Source: Nitrospirota bacterium | GTDB taxonomy: Bacteria > Nitrospirota > Thermodesulfovibrionia > Thermodesulfovibrionales > Dissulfurispiraceae | Assembly (NCBI GenBank): GCA_040758355.1 | Contig: JBFLWF010000034.1 | Span: 1-21,995 of the forward strand | Reading direction: 5' to 3' | DNA length: 21,995 bases | In this document: positions 1-8,761 of the stretch, one piece after another | Layout of the letters: every line of letters starts with the position of its first letter | How positions within the stretch are numbered: position 1 is the stretch's first letter | Translations under genes and position numbers: made by a program | The notes under the pieces: generated by a model | The model's database searches: none | What the model was told of the DNA's origin: nothing | The model's input: only the letters and a program-made list of their open reading frames with translations

Positions 1-119
1 TTTTTCCCATACGGTAATCATACGGATTTTCTCGCCCCTTTGAAAGCTCTTTCCCCATTATTTGAAGCCATGTTATACCGCTTCAAGTCCATCGGTTTAC
101 CCACTCTCTTCCACGATGA

Positions 120-819
120 GCCATAATTATAACCAAAATATTTGACAATGCGGAACTTGCTGCGATGGATGCCCTTAACAGGCATATACACGAGCATCCG
201 GTTGCCAGTCTTGTGTTTTCAGGGAAAATGAAGCCGCATCCGTTCAGGGATGATATAAAAAGGAAATGGCTGCGCAAAAGCCTGAACATAAATACGGCAA
301 CCAAGGTATCGGATTTGCTTACAAACAGTCAGTTGCGAAGTCTCGCCCTTTTTAATGAATTTTACCGTCCCAATGGGATAGGATATCAATTAGGCATAGG
401 CATGCCTCTTTTCTTAAGCAAGAATCTCCCGCCGGCGCCGGGCATTGCTTTTTAACAGAGATAAGATAGATTTCTCGGAAAAGGAACGGCTGCTGCTGAG
501 CATGCTTGGGCCGCATATCATTCAGGCGTTTAAAAATGCAGAGGTAACCGGCAGGCTGCGGGATGATAAGACTGGCGTTGGGACAATGCTCATGGACGGA
601 AAGGCAAAAGACCTGCCCACAGAATACCTGAAATCTTTGGATATCACCATGCGGGAGGCTGACATATTAAAATGGATAGCGCAGGGCAAGACCAATGTGG
701 AAATCTCTGCGTTAAATACCGTAAAGACGCATCTGGCGCATATATACCAAAAACTGGGAGTGGAAAACAGGGTTGCCGCTGCAAGGGTTATTATAGAGAA
801 TAATAAGTCGGATGGGTAG
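120..819 (+). pseudogene. Degraded LuxR-family HTH transcriptional regulator
   Basis: ORF 165..455 (RHIHEHP...KVSDLL...LFNEFYR...GIAF*) joins ORF 445..819 (FNRDKIDFSEKERLLL...GKTN.EI...TVKTHLAHIYQKLGVENR) if one T is removed from the T5 run at 449-453. The HTH has only 4 residues between EI and TV, against about 9 in canonical LuxR HTHs. In-frame TGA at 117-119 upstream. Confidence 0.75.
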
Positions 820-822
820 ATA

Positions 823-1818
823 CTATTTCAAAAAGATACTTGCCGCATATATAATATAAAACAAACCGCCAAAGAGGATCGTAACTGGAGACAACCTGCC
901 CCTTATCTGGATGTCCGCTATTGCAATAACCGCCGATATCAATGCCAGAATTGCAGAAAATAGGGCAAATCCCGAAATATTCCAGTCTGTAAACAACAGT
1001 CCAATGGATACAGGGAATGTGGATTGAAATACCATTGCACCCGTAATATTGCCCATAGCGAGCGTGTCCCTTCCCTTCAGCGTCCATGTAACGCTGTTGA
1101 ACTTTTCAGGAAGCTCTGTTGCAACAGGAGCTATAAGCAAGGAGAATAACAAAGGATTCATGCCCATCGCTGACGATATTTTTTCGAGGCTTCCTACAAA
1201 GACATGAGCACCGCCGACCATCAATGAAAGGGCTGCTAATACCTGAAATATTATAAGCGGCAGACCTGCAGGCTGATGACTTCTAACAAAAAACCTCTTG
1301 AAATACAACTCCTCTGCATGCATTATATCTGCGCTCTCCCCTTTAAAGGTGACATACGCATATATCAGATAGCCTATGACAAGGGAGATTGCAATAAAGA
1401 GGTGGGATCTTGGCACAAGAAGCGGGAAAAAGATTGCCGATGCATACATCAGTACAAAAAATACGAGGTCGCGCTTCATTGAATGAATTTCAACAATAAG
1501 TTCGAATCTCCTCTTCTTCGCAAGAAAGCTGCCCACCACAGAAACTCCAACAAGGAAAAATGCGAGGGTGGAAAGCATAAAAGGCGCCCCTAAAATAGCT
1601 CCAACGCCAATATTCTTTGCAGCATCGCCGCCATGCACCAGGATTGCAACAAAGGGAAGTATGGTCTCGGGCAGGGCAGTTCCAACAGCAGCGAGGATGC
1701 TGCCCACAACTGCCTGCGACAGCGAGAGCCTTCTGCCGAGGGATTCGACCCCGTTTGTAAAGAATTCAGCACTGAGAAGTATCATCAGCAGGCTGAATAC
1801 GAGAAATACTATTTCCAT
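823..1818 (-). CDS. Sodium:calcium antiporter (CaCA family, YrbG-like)
   Basis: Very hydrophobic, with two alpha-repeat motifs (GTALPE and ATELPE; GNITGA). ATG at 1818 (MEIVFL) is preferred because it lies just after the USP stop codon. Confidence 0.88.
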   Translation of the reverse strand: MEIVFLVFSLLMILLSAEFFTNGVESLGRRLSLSQAVVGSILAAVGTALPETILPFVAILVHGGDAAKNIGVGAILGAPFMLSTLAFFLVGVSVVGSFLAKKRRFELIVEIHSMKRDLVFFVLMYASAIFFPLLVPRSHLFIAISLVIGYLIYAYVTFKGESADIMHAEELYFKRFFVRSHQPAGLPLIIFQVLAALSLMVGGAHVFVGSLEKISSAMGMNPLLFSLLIAPVATELPEKFNSVTWTLKGRDTLAMGNITGAMVFQSTFPVSIGLLFTDWNISGFALFSAILALISAVIAIADIQIRGRLSPVTILFGGLFYIIYAASIFLK

Positions 1819-1822
1819 GTTT

Positions 1823-2707
1823 TTATCGAACAATCATGACAGGGCAGGGAGATGATTTTATTACCGATTCCGAGACGCTTCCAAGTATTACTCCCTTTGT
1901 ATAAGAAAGACCCCTTGCTCCCATGACAATCAGATCCGCATCCCTTTCCATTGCTATATCATTTATAGTCGCATAGGGAATCCCTATTCTCACAACACTC
2001 CCTACCTCGCCGCAGACCCGAAGGAAGGAACACATTTCTTCCTCCGCATTCTTTATGAGCTCATTGCTGTAATCGCTTTTGTCCTTTTCTGTCATGTCTT
2101 TCCATTTCTCAAAACCCTTCTCCACTTTAAGGCTTGAAATTATATGGGTCACAATGAGTTCCGAGGAACTCTTCTCAGATAATGATTTTGCAACCTCCAA
2201 TGCCTTTTTCGAAGGCTCTGAAAAATCTACGGCGCACAGAATCCTCTTTATGCCTACACCGCCTATGCGTGCGCCCTCTGACTTTTTACCCCTGACGACC
2301 AGCATCGGGATATCGAGGGACTTTATCATCCGCTCTGAACTGCTCGGCCTTACCATGTGGGATTTATGTCCAAGCACGAGCATATCTGTGTCCATCTCTT
2401 TTATTGCTGTATTAAACGTCTCGATAAGTCTTCCAACCGCAATGGCATGCCCGGTTTTTATACCAAGGCTATTGAGCTTCTCTGCCCATTTCTTGAGCTC
2501 CTCTTCATTCAGTCTCTTTTCTTCCTCTATATAGGGAACAAGATATGCAGGGGGGGTAAGGGCATAGTCAATGACATACAGCATATCTATTTGAGTATCG
2601 ACCCCTCTTGTTTTAGAGAGCCATTCTGCATAGGCAAGTATCTTTTCTGTGTCTGCACCCAGGTCTATTGCAGCAAGTATCTTATTTATTGTTAAAACGT
2701 CACCCAT
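1823..2707 (-). CDS. Universal stress protein with two USP domains
   Basis: Two USP repeats: KILAAID...DMLVLG and KRILCAVDFSEPS...ADLIVMGARG...GSVSESVIKSSPCPVMIVR. Confidence 0.93.
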   Translation of the reverse strand: MGDVLTINKILAAIDLGADTEKILAYAEWLSKTRGVDTQIDMLYVIDYALTPPAYLVPYIEEEKRLNEEELKKWAEKLNSLGIKTGHAIAVGRLIETFNTAIKEMDTDMLVLGHKSHMVRPSSSERMIKSLDIPMLVVRGKKSEGARIGGVGIKRILCAVDFSEPSKKALEVAKSLSEKSSSELIVTHIISSLKVEKGFEKWKDMTEKDKSDYSNELIKNAEEEMCSFLRVCGEVGSVVRIGIPYATINDIAMERDADLIVMGARGLSYTKGVILGSVSESVIKSSPCPVMIVR

Positions 2708-2711
2708 CCGC

Positions 2712-3017
2712 TTATTTCTTCAAGGCCTTTCCCAATCTCTTCTCAACAGAGGAAACCTTTTCTTCTATCCTGTTCGGTTTTCCTTTCCTGTCATCAACGG
2801 TTATGGATATAAGCACCCTGTCCTCTTTTTTCATGATCTCATCACGACACCGCTTTATAAGATTCATGATGTCGTCCCATTCGCCCTCAACAACCGTGCC
2901 CATTGGATTGACCTTATAGGGCATGCCGCTTTCGTCAACAATCCTCAGGGCAACAGCCAACTGGTCTCCGATGCTGCTGCCAACGCCTATCGGCACAACG
3001 CTGAACTCTGCAAGCAT
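2712..3017 (-). CDS. MTH1187/YkoF-like thiamine-binding family protein
   Basis: MLAEFSVVPIG...PMGTVVEGEWD...RV...I.VDDR is the family signature. ATG at 3017 follows the SD AGGAGG; the ORF-track start at 3077 is too long. Confidence 0.9.
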   Translation of the reverse strand: MLAEFSVVPIGVGSSIGDQLAVALRIVDESGMPYKVNPMGTVVEGEWDDIMNLIKRCRDEIMKKEDRVLISITVDDRKGKPNRIEEKVSSVEKRLGKALKK

Positions 3018-3032
3018 ATTTCCTCCTTTGGG

Positions 3033-3059
3033 CATAAGGGGGACTTCGTCCCCCTTATG
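3033..3059. repeat. Perfect inverted repeat, 12-bp arms with 3-nt loop (C-GAA-G on the minus strand)
   Basis: CATAAGGGGGAC-TTC-GTCCCCCTTATG, 15 nt upstream of the ATG at 3017. Confidence 0.9.
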
Positions 3060-3148
3060 AAATCCCCCTAAATCCAAAACCTATAATCAAACAATTTTCG
3101 GTCATTGCAATTTGATTTTTAGTTTATCAATGATTAATTATTGGCAAC

Positions 3149-3186
3149 GAACAAAACAAAGGGTGGCTGTCTTCAAGCCACCCTTT
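3149..3186 (-). terminator. Rho-independent terminator of hup
   Basis: AAAGGGTGGCT-gtcttca-AGCCACCCTTT (3158-3186), followed by a T-rich tail on the minus strand just downstream of the HU stop. Confidence 0.85.
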
Positions 3187-3203
3187 ATTTTAAAAATACC
3201 AAC

Positions 3204-3476
3204 TTATTTTACTGCATCTTTCAGTGTCTTTCCAGATGTGAACTTTGGAACCTTTGTTGCAGGGATCTTGATCTCTGCGCCTGTCCTTGGATTACGGCCC
3301 TTTCTTGCCTTCCTCTTGGACACTGAAAATGTCCCGAAGCCGACAAGTGTAACCTTCTGACCTTTTTTAAGAGCTGCTTTTACTGAATCGAGAGTTGCGT
3401 CGAGTGCCTTTCCTGCATCGGTCTTTGTAAGACCTGCGCCGGATGCAATCTTATCGATGAGATCTGCCTTCGTCAT
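3204..3476 (-). CDS. hup: DNA-binding protein HU
   Basis: [11 protein letters not shown]...[34 protein letters not shown], 90 aa. Confidence 0.97.
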   Translation of the reverse strand: MTKADLIDKIASGAGLTKTDAGKALDATLDSVKAALKKGQKVTLVGFGTFSVSKRKARKGRNPRTGAEIKIPATKVPKFTSGKTLKDAVK

Positions 3477-3532
3477 AAATTTAATTCCCCCCTTTCTTTC
3501 ATGGATTATTGAATATCAACGATTTGGTATAA

Positions 3533-3561
3533 ACATTACCAAGAAAAACGGCATTTGTCAA
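3533..3561 (-). promoter_or_regulatory. Sigma70-type promoter for hup
   Basis: Minus strand: TTGACA (3561-3556), 17-bp spacer, TAATGT (3538-3533) preceded by TGn. Confidence 0.7.
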
Positions 3562-3598
3562 GAGAAAAGTTAAGGCCAAAGTTAAGACGGTCATTATT

Positions 3599-5719
3599 TT
3601 ATCGCCTTACATTCAGGATTCCGTCCATCTGTGAAATCTTGCTTACAAGGTTGATGAGCTGGTTCCTGTTCTTGATTTCAAGGGTGAGCTCAAAGAGCGC
3701 CCTTTTGTCATGTGTGGAGTTTGCCTTCAAAGAGCTGATATTCACATCAGCGGATGATATGAGGGCGCTGAGATTGGCCAGCATTCCAGGCTTATCGATG
3801 CTCTCGATGTAAAGCCTTGTCGGAGACGTAATATCGCTGTCTCTGCTCCATTCTACATCAATCAGCCTCTCGGTATCCACAGCAAGCCTTTCGAGGTTAC
3901 TGCATTCCTTTCTGTGGATAGTAACCCCTTTGCCCTTTGTAATAAAACCGACTATCCGGTCTCCCGGTACAGGGAAACAGCACTTTGCCACATGGTACAG
4001 CACATTGTCTATCCCTTTGATAGTAATAACGCTGCCTTTCTCTCTTGGAGGTCTTGTCAGCTTCGGCATCTCCACATCTTCTGTCTTTCCGGTCTTCTCC
4101 GGAGCAAGCCTGTTAACCGCCTGGTGGGCCGACATCTTTCCGTATCCTATGGAAACATAAAGGTCTTCGAGGGATTGGTGGCTGAAATATTTCAAAACAT
4201 CGTTCATCTTATCCGACTTCAAGATCGAGAGGGCAAGTCCATGCCTCCTCATTTCTTCCTCCACCAGCTTTGTTCCAAGCTCCATGCTCTGCTTCCTCTC
4301 CTCGGTCTTTATCCACTGTTTTATCCTGCTCTTTGCCCGCTGGGTGACCACAAACTTGAGCCAGTCCTTGCTCGGCCCGTGGGAGGGAGAGGTTATAATC
4401 TCAACCACATCGCCGCTGTTCAATTTATATCTCAGAGGGACTATCCTGCCGTTGACCTTTGCCCCTATGCACTTATGCCCAACCTGCGTATGGATACCGT
4501 AGGCAAAATCAACGGGGGTGGAGCCGATGGGAAGTTCTTTTATATCGCCATTCGGAGTAAAGACATACACTGTTTCAGGAACGACTTCGCCCTTGACAGC
4601 CTCAAGGAATTCCTTTGCATCAGAGATCTCTTTGACCAGTTCCCTGAGCCATGCTATAAATCTGGTATTCTTTTTATCGATGCTGTCCTTTTCCTTATAC
4701 CTCCAGTGTGCAGCTATGCCCTCCTCTGCAATCTCATTCATGTCATCTGTCCTTATCTGGAATTCCACCCTGTCTCCTCCGGGGCCGACCACAGTGGTAT
4801 GAAGGGACTGGTACATATTGGACTTTGGAAGGCTTATAAAGTCCTTAAACCTTCCTGGGACGAGGGGCCATAATGAATGTATGATGCCCAGTATATCGTA
4901 ACAATGGCTTACGGTATCCGTCATTATCCTGAGGCCGATAACATCATGCACCTGTTCAAAGGGTATCTTCTGCTGCATCATCTTCTGATAGATGCCGTAG
5001 TAGTGCTTAACCCTCCCCTTGACCTTTGCAGGAATCCCTGCAACGCCAAGCTTTTCGGAGATCACGTTCCTGACCTCATCTATATACTTCATCTGGTCTT
5101 CTTTGCGTTTCGCAACCTTTTTATGGAGGTCGTTAAAGAGGTCGGGCATTAAGGCCTTAAAGCTCAGGTCCTCAAACTCCGTCCTGAGCCATCCTATTCC
5201 CAGTCTATTGGCGAGAGGGGCGTAAATATCGAGGGTCTCCGAAGCTATTCTCCTGCGTTTTTCTTCGGGGAGATGTTTGATTGTTTTCATATTGTGAAGT
5301 CTGTCAGCGAATTTGATGAGTATAACCCTCACATCCTTTGACATGGCAAGGAGCATCTTCCTGAAGTTCTCTGCATGGGCATCTTCCCTTGTCTTGAACT
5401 CAACCTTGCTCAACTTTGTCAGCGCATCCACAAGGAATGCGATCTCGCTTCCGAACATCTCCTTTATATCTTCGGTTGATGTGCCTGTATCCTCCACTGT
5501 GTCGTGTAGAAGTCCTGCAGCAATAGTGGCGGTATCGAGCTTCATGTCTGCGAGTATGTCTGCCACAGCTAAAGGATGGTGTATATATGGAGAACCCTCA
5601 ACCCGCTTCTGGCTGCAATGGGCCTCCCGCGAAAAGATGTAGGCCTTTTTTATTACCTCCACATCAGCCTTGGGATTATAGGAGAGGACTTTTTCTATGA
5701 GCTCATTAATTGTCTTCAT
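3599..5719 (-). CDS. rel: Bifunctional (p)ppGpp synthetase/hydrolase (long RSH, Rel/SpoT)
   Basis: HD hydrolase motifs PYIHHP and HDTVED; synthetase motifs RFKD, YQSLHT and EFQIRT; TGS domain (VYVFTP...TPVDFAY), AKCC.PVPGD and a C-terminal ACT domain. Confidence 0.96.
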   Translation of the reverse strand: MKTINELIEKVLSYNPKADVEVIKKAYIFSREAHCSQKRVEGSPYIHHPLAVADILADMKLDTATIAAGLLHDTVEDTGTSTEDIKEMFGSEIAFLVDALTKLSKVEFKTREDAHAENFRKMLLAMSKDVRVILIKFADRLHNMKTIKHLPEEKRRRIASETLDIYAPLANRLGIGWLRTEFEDLSFKALMPDLFNDLHKKVAKRKEDQMKYIDEVRNVISEKLGVAGIPAKVKGRVKHYYGIYQKMMQQKIPFEQVHDVIGLRIMTDTVSHCYDILGIIHSLWPLVPGRFKDFISLPKSNMYQSLHTTVVGPGGDRVEFQIRTDDMNEIAEEGIAAHWRYKEKDSIDKKNTRFIAWLRELVKEISDAKEFLEAVKGEVVPETVYVFTPNGDIKELPIGSTPVDFAYGIHTQVGHKCIGAKVNGRIVPLRYKLNSGDVVEIITSPSHGPSKDWLKFVVTQRAKSRIKQWIKTEERKQSMELGTKLVEEEMRRHGLALSILKSDKMNDVLKYFSHQSLEDLYVSIGYGKMSAHQAVNRLAPEKTGKTEDVEMPKLTRPPREKGSVITIKGIDNVLYHVAKCCFPVPGDRIVGFITKGKGVTIHRKECSNLERLAVDTERLIDVEWSRDSDITSPTRLYIESIDKPGMLANLSALISSADVNISSLKANSTHDKRALFELTLEIKNRNQLINLVSKISQMDGILNVRR

Positions 5720-5760
5720 GTTTTATTATAACTCTTTTGAGATATGTTAAGATATTTGTC
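5720..5760. promoter_or_regulatory. Back-to-back -10 elements for rel and murA (predicted leaderless)
   Basis: Minus TATAAT (5730-5725) is 5 nt before the rel ATG. Plus TGnTAAGAT (5745-5753) is 7 nt before the murA ATG. No SD for either gene. Confidence 0.6.
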
Positions 5761-7017
5761 ATGGACAAACTGGTTATCAGAGGGGGAAAACCACTCAAGG
5801 GAGAGGTTCGGATAAGCGGGGCAAAGAATGCTGCATTACCCATTATGGCCTCAACCATCCTTGCACATGGGGAACACAATATTGAAAGGGTTCCACACCT
5901 GAGAGATGTCATGACCATGGGAAGGCTGCTTGCCAATCTCGGCGCCGGTTTTCATTTCGAAAATAATAAAACCATATTAGATTGCAGCAAAATCAATAAC
6001 TTCGAAGCACCGTATGACCTTGTAAAGACCATGCGCGCATCGGTACTCGTATTATGCCCCCTTGTGGCAAGATTCGGAAGGGCAAAGGTCTCCCTGCCAG
6101 GAGGGTGTGCCATTGGTGCCAGACCCATAAACCTCCACCTCATGGGTCTGGAAAAAATGGGCGCCAAAATAAAACTCGAATCAGGATATGTAATCGCAAA
6201 AGCTAATCGGCTCAAAGGCGCATCGATTTATTTCGACACTATCACTGTGACAGGCACAGAAAACCTCATGATGGCTGCTGTACTGGCAAAGGGGACCACC
6301 ATCCTCGAAAATGCTGCAAGGGAGCCGGAGGTTGTCGACCTTGCCAACTACCTTATTGCAATGGGTGCAAAGATAAGCGGTGCGGGGGACAGCGTCATCG
6401 AGATAGAGGGGGTAGATGAACTAAAGCCCATAAACAATTACAGGATAATACCCGACCGGATAGAGACCGGGACATTTATGGCCATAGCAGGGATCACCGG
6501 AGGAGATTTAGTGCTTAAGGACTGCAAACCCGAACACCTCGATGCCGTAATAATGAAATTAAAGGACACAGGCGTTGTATTTAAAGAGACCAAAAAGGGG
6601 CTCAGGGTAATAGGGCCTGAAAGGCTCACTGCAAAGGATGCAAAGACAATACCTTATCCTGGATTTCCCACAGACATGCAGGCGCAGTTCATGGCAATGA
6701 TGACAGTCGCAAATGGAACAAGCGTTATTAAAGAGACCGTATTCGAAAACAGGTTCATGCATGTGGCGGAACTGAAGAGAATGGGTGCTGACATAAGCAT
6801 AGAAGGCGGAACAGCCACGATAAAGGGCGTTGAAAGGCTCAAAGGAGCGCCTGTAATGGCTACGGATTTAAGGGCATCCGCATCACTTGTTGTAGCTGCG
6901 TTATGCGCTGAAGGAGAGACCATTATTCATAGGATTTATCACCTCGACAGGGGATACGAAAGGATGGATGAAAAACTCGGAAAAGTCGGGGCTGATATTG
7001 AGAGAATTACTTCTTAA
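5761..7017 (+). CDS. murA: UDP-N-acetylglucosamine 1-carboxyvinyltransferase
   Basis: MDKLVIRGG...SGAKNAALP, catalytic [40 protein letters not shown]. Start at ATG 5761; the track start at 5710 overlaps rel. Confidence 0.97.
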   Translation: MDKLVIRGGKPLKGEVRISGAKNAALPIMASTILAHGEHNIERVPHLRDVMTMGRLLANLGAGFHFENNKTILDCSKINNFEAPYDLVKTMRASVLVLCPLVARFGRAKVSLPGGCAIGARPINLHLMGLEKMGAKIKLESGYVIAKANRLKGASIYFDTITVTGTENLMMAAVLAKGTTILENAAREPEVVDLANYLIAMGAKISGAGDSVIEIEGVDELKPINNYRIIPDRIETGTFMAIAGITGGDLVLKDCKPEHLDAVIMKLKDTGVVFKETKKGLRVIGPERLTAKDAKTIPYPGFPTDMQAQFMAMMTVANGTSVIKETVFENRFMHVAELKRMGADISIEGGTATIKGVERLKGAPVMATDLRASASLVVAALCAEGETIIHRIYHLDRGYERMDEKLGKVGADIERITS

Positions 7018-8725
7018 ACATCTTCTTCAACTCATCATGGGATATGAAAATCCTTGTTGGCCTGCCGTGGGGGCAGGTGTGCGGATTTTCTGCTTCATCA
7101 AGATCTTTCAGTAATTGCGCAATCCTTATGCCGTCAGGAACTTCTTTTCCTCTGATGGATTTATGGCAGGCCAGCTTTGCAGCAAGCACTTTTCCTACTG
7201 AATCAATTGGCTCAAGCATATCATTCCCTTGCCCCTTAACCCTTAACCCTTGACCCTCATTTATTAACGATGCCGCCATATCGCTCATCAATGCATTCAA
7301 ATCAGCATCCCTCAAAAATTCAGGAAGACCCCTTATGATTAAAGTCGCGTGACCAAAATCTTCCACCTCAAGGCCGAGGTCATTTAAAAGTTGCAGGTTG
7401 TCCAGTATTACCTTATATTCGCTGCCCTGAAGCTTAATCTGCTGCGGAAAAAGAAGTCTGTATGACGGCATATCATTATTTTTTAAGAGCCTTTCGTAAT
7501 TGATCCTCTCGTGGGCTGCGTGGTAATCAATTATCGTGATGCCTCCTTTTTCCGGAACTGCAACAAAGGTATCGCCGAGATAGAGGAACGGAATACTATC
7601 AGCCGTCACAACTCCGTAAAAGGATAACGGTTCTGATATCCCAAACATACCATCCAACACTCCATCTTTTGCCTCTCCATCACTCCAATACTCCATTACT
7701 CCTGCTTTCTGTGGCTCCATTGCTTCATTCCCCACGCTTGTTGTTCTCTGCCTTAAGACATCCCTTGCCACCTGATATACAAAATTGAACACACCGTTCT
7801 TGTCCTCAAACCTCACTTCCCTCTTTGCGGGATGGACATTGAAATCAACTTTCTTTGGATCTATTCCCATAAAAAGCAAAAATACAGGATGTCTGTCTTT
7901 TGGTATCAATTCTTCATATGCCTTATAAACAGCATAGGTTATTGACTGATCTTTAACAGGCCTGTTGTTAATAAACAGGAATTGGTTGTTTCTGTTATTT
8001 CTTAAATTCGTTGTCTTGCCCAGAAAGGCCTTGATACTTATTCGACCATCTTCAGCTTCGGTTTCCATCAACTCATTCACAAAATCTTTTCCAAAGATCT
8101 GCACGAGCCTTTCCTTATAAGATGCGGCGGGAGAAAGATTCAATACATCGTCACCATCCATTCTCAAAACAAACCCTGTCTGATAATGGGATATTGCCTC
8201 CCGTGTCACCGTATCGATAATGTGATAATTTTCTGTGCTGTCTGATTTAAGAAATTTACGCCTCGCAGGCGTATTAAAGAAAAGGTCTTTTATCTCAATG
8301 GTTGTGCCTATTGCAGGGCAATCCTTAATCTCTTTTACATCTCCACCGATAATTTCTATGCACGTCCCTGTTTCATCTTGATGCGAAGTAATTAATCTTA
8401 CCTTTGAAACAGATGCGATGGATGAAAGGGCCTCTCCCCTGAAGCCCATGGTTTTTATATTAAAGAGGTCGTGTTCATCTTTGATCTTGCTCGTGGCATA
8501 TCTTTCGAATGCCAGAATGGCATCTTCCCTGTCCATGCCAATGCCGTTGTCAGAGACCTTTATAAGCCTTCTGCCTGCTTTTAAAATATCTATCTCGATC
8601 CGTGAAGCACCGGCATCTATGGAGTTTTCCATAAGTTCCTTCACAACAGATGCAGGACGCTCAACCACCTCGCCTGCTGCGATCTTATTGCGGAGATTTA
8701 ATGGAAGGACATTGATACGCGGCAT
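7007..8725 (-). CDS. mutL: DNA mismatch repair endonuclease MutL
   Basis: [56 protein letters not shown], endonuclease motif [15 protein letters not shown] and CPHGRP. Confidence 0.96.
   Translation of the reverse strand: MPRINVLPLNLRNKIAAGEVVERPASVVKELMENSIDAGASRIEIDILKAGRRLIKVSDNGIGMDREDAILAFERYATSKIKDEHDLFNIKTMGFRGEALSSIASVSKVRLITSHQDETGTCIEIIGGDVKEIKDCPAIGTTIEIKDLFFNTPARRKFLKSDSTENYHIIDTVTREAISHYQTGFVLRMDGDDVLNLSPAASYKERLVQIFGKDFVNELMETEAEDGRISIKAFLGKTTNLRNNRNNQFLFINNRPVKDQSITYAVYKAYEELIPKDRHPVFLLFMGIDPKKVDFNVHPAKREVRFEDKNGVFNFVYQVARDVLRQRTTSVGNEAMEPQKAGVMEYWSDGEAKDGVLDGMFGISEPLSFYGVVTADSIPFLYLGDTFVAVPEKGGITIIDYHAAHERINYERLLKNNDMPSYRLLFPQQIKLQGSEYKVILDNLQLLNDLGLEVEDFGHATLIIRGLPEFLRDADLNALMSDMAASLINEGQGLRVKGQGNDMLEPIDSVGKVLAAKLACHKSIRGKEVPDGIRIAQLLKDLDEAENPHTCPHGRPTRIFISHDELKKMFKK
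7226..7260 (-). repeat. Heptamer tandem tract inside mutL
   Basis: Plus strand: cccttgc cccttaa cccttaa cccttga ccctcat. Encodes [11 protein letters not shown]. Confidence 0.85.
7675..7702 (-). repeat. Octamer tandem tract (GGAGTRWT)n inside the mutL linker
   Basis: Coding strand: ggagtaat ggagtatt ggagtgat ggag. Encodes GVMEYWSDG. Confidence 0.85.
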
Positions 8726-8761
8726 GGATTATTTTAACACAATCTTGCTATAATTCTTTTT
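8726..8761. promoter_or_regulatory. Back-to-back extended -10 elements for mutL and vorB (predicted leaderless)
   Basis: Minus TGnTAAAAT (8739-8731) is 5 nt before the mutL ATG. Plus TGnTATAAT (8746-8754) is 7 nt before GTG 8762. Confidence 0.65.

Noticed and set aside
3112..3130. TTGAT...ATCAA FNR-like site
   Set aside because: The spacer is 9 nt rather than 4.
3018..3140. TPP riboswitch upstream of the thiamine-binding gene
   Set aside because: The conserved CUGAGA core and aptamer layout are absent.
3914..4873. 319-aa plus-strand ORF
   Set aside because: Antisense shadow of rel with no family signature.
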